A stretch of DNA of 64,000 nt, taken from Ophelia neglecta (lineage: Eukaryota). Numbering within the stretch: the first letter of the stretch is position 1; each line of letters begins with the position of its first letter. Of the stretch, positions 1 through 9,959 are shown piece after piece. A program made the position numbers and the translations under genes. The DNA lies in contig OZ260663.1 in the NCBI GenBank assembly GCA_965285935.1, positions 93,062,001 through 93,126,000 on the forward strand, in the 5' to 3' direction. Below the pieces are notes generated by a model. The model saw only the letters and a program-made list of their open reading frames with translations. It made no database searches and had not been told where the DNA came from.

Positions 1-15
1 TTTTTGTAACAACAG

Positions 16-1800
16 ACTCGACTGAGAGCTCAATCAACCTTTGTGGTGGTGAAGAAAAAGAGAAGGTGGTATACTTATCAGAGTCAGAAGGCATTCAGAT
101 CGTCTTAAACAACCCTAAACACAGTGTAAACTCTGCGTATTTCCTTCTTCTTTACGAAAGTGAGTGACAATTGAATACATATTTGTATTGTACAAACACG
201 CATTATGTGAAAAAAAGAATGTGGGACATTCTAAATGTTTCGACCTATGTGTCAATAGAATTAATTTAATGATGTCTATCATATCATTCAGCCGTTGGAA
301 ATTTAATGAATACAGTTTTTTAGTGTTACTATTGAGTATGTTTTTTAATTTTAAGTTATCGGGTGTCTAAGTTACATACCACCAGAGGGCGCTGTTATTG
401 AGCGATACAAAAGTGATATATTGGTGGAGTGTCCAGATACCGGAAGTGGTTGGAAAGTATCGTGTGACGGGACGCGATGGCAAGTAGAAGGAAACGTCAC
501 AAACTGCACTAAAGCAGGTCGGTACAATATGTCAACGGGAGATAATATTTTGCTATAGATTGCAAAGTTGAAATCTAAGTTAGGACATAATCATTATACA
601 TTAAACAAATTATACACATTCATTAAATAATATGGAATATTATTTTAGCCACAGTTGAGAAGCCGTCCGTATCCATTGAAACCCAATTAGAGCGTAGTAG
701 CCTGACCTTATCACAAGGTGATGAACACGACTTTTTATTAAAGATTGACAGAAGCGCTTTTTTTTCTGGGATTAAAACAAGGTTCATCTCCCGAAATATA
801 TCATCATCTGGTTTTTCATATTTCACCATTTTTTGCAGTAATTATTTGATATCTTTCGAATATTTGTTCATTAAACGAATTGATAAACGTTCTGGTTTTT
901 TTTCTAGGACTCGTGATTGCTTTCTTTTTATCTATTGCTGTTCTCATAGCAGTCATTATCCTTGTGGTTGGCATTGTATGCCTTCGAAGGTAAGTGATGA
1001 GTTGGTCAAATGACATCTTGGAACTGATCTCTTCCAGGCAAAACTGGCATAATGAGCATATAGATCATATCTATAACTTTTTTAAAAATATGTTAATACC
1101 CCTTTCACGGTTTTTTTCTCTACATTTTCAAGCAAAGCCAAGCCACAGATCTATATGAATTTTTAGTAAAATGATAAATATAGCCAAAAATAAAATCACA
1201 TGCCCCTTTCTATATTTGTTTCTTTTCAGGAGGCAAGAAACCGGATCACGGTCAAGGCGGGATTCATTGATGGACTCTACGAAACGCATGTCAACTTTGG
1301 GATATACAGATAGAGAACAGTTCCCCATGCTAAGAAACAACGAAGAGGGTGAGCAATGGTTTCCCCACGAAAGGGGATATGCTACAACCGCCCAGAGGAA
1401 CGCGGTTGGCCCTCCGGGCGCCGTGCCGCCCAGGGGGAGGTTTCCACCACTACCACTTCCACCCACGGATACATTCCCTGACGCCGGGCACTGTACTATC
1501 CACGGGACACTTAGCCGTGACCGGTTTCAACGGGATAGTGTTCAGACAACACAGCCTTTCACCGAGCAGCGTTCGTCTAATGACTGGCCTAATTCCTTAC
1601 GGCGCACACGCAGTAACGGTAAAACCAAGGACCATTTCTACCATGAGTTGGATCCGGAACATACCAATGTTCCTATTGGGCTCCCACCGGATCACACAGC
1701 ATCCGACCTGGAAGCATACGGCAGGGACCAATCTGTGGCCCATCTTCCAGATGTACTCTCCTCTTCCTCAAGTGGGCCAACCAAGTGTGACAACGTTTGA
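16..1800 (+). CDS. Receptor copy A1, 5'-partial: CUB C-half, sushi-like module, stalk, TM, cytoplasmic tail
   Basis: Exons 16-159, 356-517, 649-717, 908-989, 1230-1800 with GT-AG introns and consistent phases. TM GLVIAFFLSIAVLIAVIILVVGIVCLRR; tail has FPPLPLPP and KDHFYHELDPEH. E1-E3 lie upstream of the window. Confidence 0.85.
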
Positions 1801-2777
1801 ATGTCCCATCTTTTTAGAGTTGCAATGTAAATGCACTGCAAAAGGCATTATGTGGATTCGGAACTTTTCATGCTGTTTCTGTTTATAATAACGCATTCGC
1901 CATCTATTCATGTTGATATATTCATCCTCTTTCGACAAGAAAGCATAGTGATCGCACTTTGCATGATTTAATTCAAACTAAAATTAATCCATGAACGAGA
2001 TTACAATGTCTGGATTTCATTCACATTGGCATGTGGGGATATTCAATTGAGGAGTATTCACTCATACCTTCTTGAGGAGTATTCTACTGCGTTTGATTAT
2101 AACAAGTGGTTATACACGAAGCATTTATAAATACAATGCCCTTAGTTGATATCTTGCTTTACTGGATAAGTGTGATACAGATGATGGGAGCTATGTACAA
2201 GATATAATCCGTGCTTTCTATATATCATTTATCTTGGCTGTCCGCTATGGATGTAATACAACCAATGAAGTCATGTGCTGTTGGATTGAAGGACAAGCCC
2301 TGAAGAAGTACCAGTGGCCAATCTACCAAAGAACTACAGTTTGAGAAACAAAACAACAACCAAATAATAAATTCTGATTTGCATCAGGACACACTGTGAC
2401 ATTGGATGAAATAAGTTGTTAATATGCCTCAGTGTCTGATGGCTCTGTCCCGTATGACGTAGTTCCATATACGGTCTTAAGACATGAGAACGTGCTTTAC
2501 TTTCTTATATTCAGCAGTTAGCTTGACATGCATGTCAGAACAATGCGTGATATAGACAGGAATGGAAGGAGATAACTTGAAGTTAAAAAACGTCGTAAAT
2601 ACATTAACATAAAACATTATTGCCAAAACGTAGAATTATGCCTCAAATTTCGCATCGAATGTAATATTTCAAATTCTTTACTTATAAGCTTATATTACTG
2701 ACTTGGGTGTTGCCCTTTGACTTTCAGTATTATATAGACAGCCTTTCTTTTTTCGTGTCCTAGAATAAGTGAGCGGC

Positions 2778-2892
2778 GAGCCGCGTGAGTGCTGCGCACT
2801 GCGCCGGCGCTATGTTTACCACCCATTGCTTTGCGCCGCGGTACTGGGAACATTAAGTTCTGATACTGACACTACCAGTCTGTGTAGGAATA
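2778..2892 (+). promoter_or_regulatory. Conserved upstream GC-rich palindromic element (before A2)
   Basis: Matches the consensus GAGTGNTGCGCAYTGCGCCGGCGC..ACCACCCATTGC..GCGCCGCGG..AGTTCTGATACTGACACTACCA shared by the other first-exon upstream regions. Confidence 0.7.
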
Positions 2893-2920
2893 GTAGCTTT
2901 AAAATAAGCACATTTTTAAC

Positions 2921-5900
2921 ATGGATACGCAATTAAAAGACTTCATTATTAGTCTTATAATCATCGCATTATGGATACCAACAGGAATCTCGAGTAAGTA
3001 CAGTCTATTTATTATCAATTGAAAGGGAAGGCCATCATAACAAATACTGATCAAATTGGTCTGTTTGCACACATACCGAGAATACGTGGCAATCCCGCCT
3101 AGATCGAGCCACGGTTTGAGTTAAACATTCGGAGATAGAACGCCGCTAATGCGTGCAAAGAACCAATTGTATTGAGGTGACATATTTTATTTCGGTGGAT
3201 GATGAAATCTGTTTTTATATCGATTATAAAATTTATGTACACTAGTCACAGCACAAAAATGGCCTCCTATTGGTATTAACTAGTATACATCTTAACGAAA
3301 ATACACCTATATATTCCTAGTCCATGGTATTCATAGAGGCGGTGCGATATCACATGTAGAATTAAGCATACTTAAGGACAAATTGACGTGTACCCATCTG
3401 ACCACTACCTGTTCTTCTTTTTCTCGCCCTACTCACATTTATTCACAACCAGATAATGCAGCTGTTATTGTTATTGTTACAAGTAAATAACTTATTAGAG
3501 AATAGCCCAGAAACAGCCCGAAATGCTACTTTTACAAATAAAAAATGCTGTAATTTGGAATTTTCTCGGCCTATCTTTATGGTGGATAAAAGAATGATGC
3601 CACAAAAGACAAGTTGCAGAACTAGTGTTATTTTGTAACAACTACAGAACAAGTGATATTTAAATAAAGAGAGAATGCCATGCCTCATTCTCGATTTCTT
3701 TTTTTGGTTATTCTACCGAGCGTCCTCTCTTTTCGGAGATATCGATCACCCATTTGGAAAATAAAAATATAATATGATGTGCTATATAATGTTATGTTAA
3801 ATTGTGTTTTGCCTGACGTCGACAATTACAATTTAAGTATATCTCAAAAATGATTTCAATAAAAGCAATGAGAAAGCTGCCGAATCAGTCTTAATATAAT
3901 AGGAGTAGATATTGTGAATGTATAGTCACAATGTGTAAGTAGCCTTGATTATCACTGGTCCCGCTAAGGTAGTAGAGATGCATATTATAAACATCTCCGG
4001 TGAAAAGGCCCATGTCACAAAATGTATCACTGGTTATTATTATTAATATAACACATTGTTGTCATATGGCATTAGCTCATTGTAAAATAATAAAATTCGC
4101 GTTATTTTGGCAGTTTGCATTTATCTTTTATATGTGGATTTAATAATATTATTTACAAAATACACATGTACTGTGTGACTTGGCATATTAGTGACGCTTC
4201 GGCTTTAAAGACTACATATTTTGAAAAGTAAGCAGCGAAATATAAAACTGAAACTAGCAATAATTTTCTCGATTTACTCAAAAAACGACACAAATACTGA
4301 GATAATTAAACGCTACAATTCCCCAACACAGGCTTTGTCATTTTTTATTTGGCACATGGAATATCTCAAAAGTTGGTTTATATAAACGGGCCTTCTATTT
4401 TGAAATAGACAAGTTGATACATTCACGATCCAGACTTTCTGCAACTAGTTTCAGAGTTTCAGGATGTAAATCCCGCAAAATGAACACCGTTGTTCAAAAT
4501 AACTTTGTGCACTGTGTAGTTAATTGGACAATGTAGCTGACAATAATCCAATGACCAGTTTTCTGTCCCTAGTATGTTTTTGCCCATGTCTTTGTTTAAT
4601 CTCCCCAATGTAGTTGCCAGGAGCGGGCGGCGCGGCGCGGCGATGCGTTGTGCGTCTTGGTGAAGCGGCTCTTGGCAAAGCGTCGCAATGCTTTGCCTGG
4701 CGTCTCGTTCGGAAATATCAAACACGGAAAATTAGTTATAGACTTTAACCTGCACATCATTATATATACCTCGTCAAAGAAATAGTGAAAACTCAACATT
4801 AGTTCCTTGTAATCGCTTATAATTAATGTTTGTCTGGAAATATTGATCAGACTGCATTTTTGTATATGTACTGAGCATGGCGGAAACATTCTATGATCTT
4901 TTGTGATTATCCGAGTGGTACTTTCATTTATATTTTCAATTATCTATTATTAAAACTGTATTTTGTTCTAGTCCCGCCTTTGACAGGCTGAAACATATAC
5001 TTTAAACATGATTCGTATCTACGCACACGTGCAAGTAGGAATGTAACCAATTTTTCCATAATACTTTTGTTTCCAGTGTGAGCATATGAGTTTGCTTCGT
5101 TGAAAAATCTGCGACGTTTCTATTAAACCCCTTCATTATTGAAGGCATACCGATAATATGCGTTCTCGTATACAACTGGAAATATGCCCACCAACCAATC
5201 TGCTTATTATTAATATTTCTAAACGAGTAATAAAGACATTTAGGTGATCTGTGGCTTGGAATTTGAGTAAGTCCCCGGCATCATCTTCCTTCAGCCCCAC
5301 ACACCACCCCCTTCTCTAAAATATTTCACCACTATATATTTCTGCTATTATTGTCGATAAGTATGACCTATATCCTGAGTATTCTATAGAAAACTAATAT
5401 GGTTTTGTAGTCGTGCTAAGGGAAATGAGCATGTGTATGCACTTACGGTATTTGAAGCTCAGATGGTTAGCTTTGTGTAAACGGAAATTGACAGAAGTGT
5501 TGCGACAGCTGTTTTGACCCTTTTGTATAGGCTAAAATGAACATAATGATGCCCATGCCAAAAGTGATTTATTCCCACTACATTATTGGGTTAAATAGAT
5601 TATACTGTTGGGCACATATTGCCAGATACTGTAGGCCATTTTGCATACAATATATCTTTCGCCACAGTTTTCGCTTTACACGAAAATGGGATTTAGTCAT
5701 TTAAGTTAAAGACCATTCGTTTTATATTTTAAAAAAGGTCAACGTACTTTGAGTAGTCGCCATACTTATATGAGCAGACAATATACAATGGTAATTGCAG
5801 GTAATCATTAAATAAGGAAATTTATTTGTCAGTTATTGGCAACGAATAAGACATTATAAATTCTTATTGAAATTGAGAAGAAGTCTTTGCAAACAAAGAG

Positions 5901-8900
5901 AATTTTCTAATTTGCTCAAACCTTAACAATAAGCCACGTGAATCGAACTCCGATGGCACTCCCGAATGGTTTTCAATGCAATAAAAGGGAATCGAGGCCT
6001 GGCGTAAAAACAATTTCAGATATCTTGAATATATTAATTAACATGGTCCAATACCAAATGCATTAGGAATTGTCAAGCGGATGTTCACAAAACGCCTATC
6101 TTAGTAAATGGGTGGTACACATTTTCATATCCTCTCACCCTATATCGAACTCTCGACATTTTATATTAATACTCTTCTCATATGCATTAAGCATGTGAGC
6201 TATTAATATTTTATCTATAATTATAACGTTTATTACACTATACTTTATTCTTTGATTTGACAGAAAAACAGGACGTTTGTTTTTGGAAAACATTAAACGC
6301 TACCTGTAGAGAGAATCAGATTATCCAAATGAAACATGCGTTGTACGGACGGATGGCGGCAGGGACCTGCATACCGGAAGACGTGGGATACAACATAGGA
6401 TGTCAGGTAGACGTGTTGGGTCACATGGACTCGGTTTGCTCAGGGAGACAGTCTTGTCAGCTAAGAGTGCCGGACGATTACCTGGCTAACATACAGAAGG
6501 CTTGCCTGCGAGGATTGGAGTCTTATTTACAGTTACAATACAACTGTATAGCTGGTGTGTTATACATTCGAGGTGTCGTTATACATTCGAGGTGTCAAAT
6601 CTAAATAAACTCCTGGAGTATTGTATGCATTACTAGGGCTATTCTACCGTGACACTTTGTAAGGCTTTTGTCTCTAATTGTGTTCATAATATTTGGTGAA
6701 TTTTGTATTATATGGCATAGCTCAGTAGCGGAGCTCCCTGTAAAACAAAATCACGGTTGATTGATTTGAATCTTTCAAGCAAGAAGTAACAATTTGATAA
6801 AACATAAACCAACATATGTGCTGAGGGGGGTGGGGGTTGGGAGGGGGGTGGAGGGGGTGGACATCTGGCCGTCATCAATTGAAGATGAGCCTTCGGATAA
6901 AGCACAATTAGTCTCATTATTCGGTTTTCTCATTAACTGCAATTGACAGTGTCATGTTTTCAATCATAAAGTAAATTATTAGTTGTTATGTATATGTATA
7001 TGCTTAGATATCATTTCCAGTACACACCTCGCCAACGCCGTGTGCAGGAAAAGCCATTAGAGTCACCGGAGAAAGTGGGTTACTGGCAAATGTCATAACG
7101 GAACGGACTAATCAAGGATCTACAGAATGTCCCTGGGAGGTCCGAGGGTCCCCTGGGCAGAAGGTCCGTTTAATATTACATGACAATGGGGTTTGGAATT
7201 CTCTTACATCAGATGAAGGCGACTCTGGAATTCCAGAGGCGGGAATCCAGCCACCAGAGAGGTCGAATATATGTCACATATACGCAAGGGTTACTGACGG
7301 TGAGGATTAAATTAAAAATCGTGTTGCCAATATATGAGTACGTTTTTTGTCACCAAATATATTGTGATGTTGAGGAATTATGACAAATCGTGAAGCTTTT
7401 GATGGACTCTTACGAGAGATGCCACATTACCCCTTGTGCTAACGATTTCAGATTGAGTGCTTGTTTGAAATACTTGGCCGGTGCACCATTAGTGTCAACT
7501 ATGTAATTTTCAAGCTATATGCTTTGTCTTCGACAGTTTCGGCTGAGACTTCCGTCACCCTTTGTAAGGGCGAGGCAAGAGAAAAAGAAATATACCTCTC
7601 GGAGACAGAGGGCGTTCGTGTTGCATTAACCGACCCTAAACACAGCAAGCACTCGTATTTTGTACTTCGTTACGAAGGTGAGTCTACATATTCAATGATT
7701 TAAAACGTGCTTAGATTTTCGTATAAGCCTGCGAAAATTTGTAAACTTCTGAGACATGATTATCAAACAATTTACCTCGACGTTAACTATCAATTAATTC
7801 AATATGTTATATACTCATGTTTTACGTTCGATTTGACATATTCGTTTGTCATTTCAGTAATAGGGTGTCTTACGTACAAAGCACCAGAGGGCGCGACAAC
7901 TGCACAACACGAAAACGATATAACAGTGACGTGTCCTGTGACTGGTAGTGAGTGGAAGGTGTCCTGCGATGGGACAAGGTGGCAAACAGAAGGAAACGTC
8001 ACAAACTGCACTGGAATAGGTTAGTGCAATAAATGCAAAGTAGCTCAAAGTTATGCTTCTGATTTCAAATTTTACTCATGTTCAACTCCAAACAATCAGT
8101 GGGGTCAGAAAGATCCAAACTATTAATAATGTTATAAAAACAATTCCAATTTTAATAGGGAATGGTATTGTAGACATTGTAGATGAGCCGTCCATGTCAC
8201 TGGAAGCGCCCTTGAAGGTCGGTCTAACCTTGTCCCAAGGTAATGATTAAGATCAGTATGTATATTACATAATAATAAGGGCTTATGATTGTCAATGTTA
8301 TGTATGTGTAATCGTATTTTGATGGCAATACCGTTAATACTCCAACACCTATTACAAAAATATCGGCTTTTAAGTTATCTTAGTAGTGTAACACTTGAAT
8401 TACAATGATAGTGTACCATTATTTTATATGCCTTAAGTTTTCAATTTAAATTGTTTAATTGTTAAACGTCTTTTATTTTTCCAGGGCTCGTGATTGCCTT
8501 CTTTCTATCTATTGCTGTTCTTATAGCAGTGATTATTCTGGTGATAGGAATTGTTGTACTTCGAAGGTAAGTTTCGTCACAGGACTTTGACTAATATGCT
8601 TCAGTATTGTATGTATCATTGAGACATAACTAAACCTCGGCATTGTATCTGTATTTATAACAAAATATAAGTTAGGGGATAGCCGAAACAAGAAACAAAG
8701 TACATACCATATATTGTGTCAATATGTCGTTGTAGGAGGCAAGGAACCGTGATAGAGTCCAGGGGAAATCCTTGGATGAACTCAACAGACCGCACGCCAC
8801 CTCCGCCATATACATGCAAGGAAAATGTTCCCATGCTGACAAAAGATAAGAGGACACAACAGGCTCTCCTGGAAAAGGGTTATATTGCTGCTCCCAAGAG

Positions 8901-9291
8901 ACAAGCGGCTGGGCTTCCGAACGCCATGGCGCCCAGTGGCAGATTTCCACCATTGCCTCTTCCACCGACAGAAGAGACCCACTGTACTGTTCATGGGACA
9001 TTAAACCGTGCTCGATATCCCCGCGATAGTAGCCATAACACTTTGACACGGCCTTATACCGAACATATGAATGAATCGCCCAGGTTCCTTCAGCACACAC
9101 GCAGTAAGAGTGACACCAAGAACCATTTCTACCACGAGTTGGACCCGGAACATATTAATGTTCGAGCAGGGCCGCCACGGGATACCAAGGACCCCGACAA
9201 TGACACGACCGACCTGGACACATCCGGGGCACCCCTTCCCGATGTTCTTTCGTCTTCTTCTATTGGGTTGAACAACTTGGACAATGTTTAA
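2921..9291 (+). CDS. Receptor copy A2: SP-SUEL lectin-CUB-sushi-like-TM-tail, 549 aa
   Basis: Exons 2921-2993 (MDTQLKDFIISLIIIALWIPTGIS, signal peptide), 6264-6554 (8-Cys SUEL fold with YGR, CSGRQSC, YL), 7021-7299, 7537-7677, 7858-8019, 8174-8239, 8485-8566, 8736-9291. Total 1650 nt, in frame, all GT-AG. Confidence 0.87.
6559..6596. repeat. 19-bp tandem duplication
   Basis: GTTATACATTCGAGGTGTC x2 immediately after the A2 exon-2 donor. Confidence 0.85.
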
Positions 9292-9816
9292 GTGTTAACA
9301 ACTCCCGATATTTTAATGTTGATTTATCAAGGTGCCCAATAGTGCTTAAACGGATTTATTCACTTATATGTTATGCGTTATTGATAGGAGCACAAAGTTT
9401 GTGAACGTTTATAGAATTCACAATATATAAAGTCTGGATTGTTTACATCTCATGTTACTATGGAGGAACAGCTTGAACTACAAATGTAGGTGTTGTTTTT
9501 GTGCTTTTAAATATAATTGATCTTTGAACGATTACAACAACTTGAATATAATCATAAACAAGGAACATACTTGACGGAGCAGAAGATTATATCAGGATTA
9601 TTAAACTACCATTATTTAGGATCAGGCACTGGACATATACATATTTTAGGATCAATTGGGCTATATAATACGTAGCTTTGTTCAAAAGGTGGGATATAAA
9701 CTGCAATGTAAAATACCTGTTTGTTTTGGCTTTGTACAAAATATAGCGCTTGAAGCCATTCATGCACCATAGTTTTAATTCAATATCATACTGCCTATAG
9801 TAAATAACAACATCAT

Positions 9817-9934
9817 GAGTCGAGCGAGTGGTGCGCATTGCGCCGACGCTGTGTTTTCCACCCATTGCACTGCGCCGCGGCGATGTGAGCGCCGAGTTCT
9901 GATACTGACACTACCAGTTTGAGAAGGAATACTA
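9817..9934 (+). promoter_or_regulatory. Conserved upstream element (before A3)
   Basis: Same consensus; ends ~25 nt before ATG 9960. Confidence 0.7.
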
Positions 9935-9959
9935 GGTGGAAAATACACACAGTATTAAA

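Noticed and set aside
816-1466. Minus-strand and alternative-frame ORFs recurring at each copy (e.g. 816-1016, 1128-1466, 1349-1888, 7799-8011, 14133-14372, 53768-54085)
   Set aside because: They are antisense or frame shadows of the real + strand exons; their starts and stops are not conserved between paralogs
6264-6554. Naming the genes as EVA1C or latrophilin orthologs
   Set aside because: Only the SUEL fold is shared: there is no second SUEL domain and no GAIN or 7TM region, so no gene symbol was assigned
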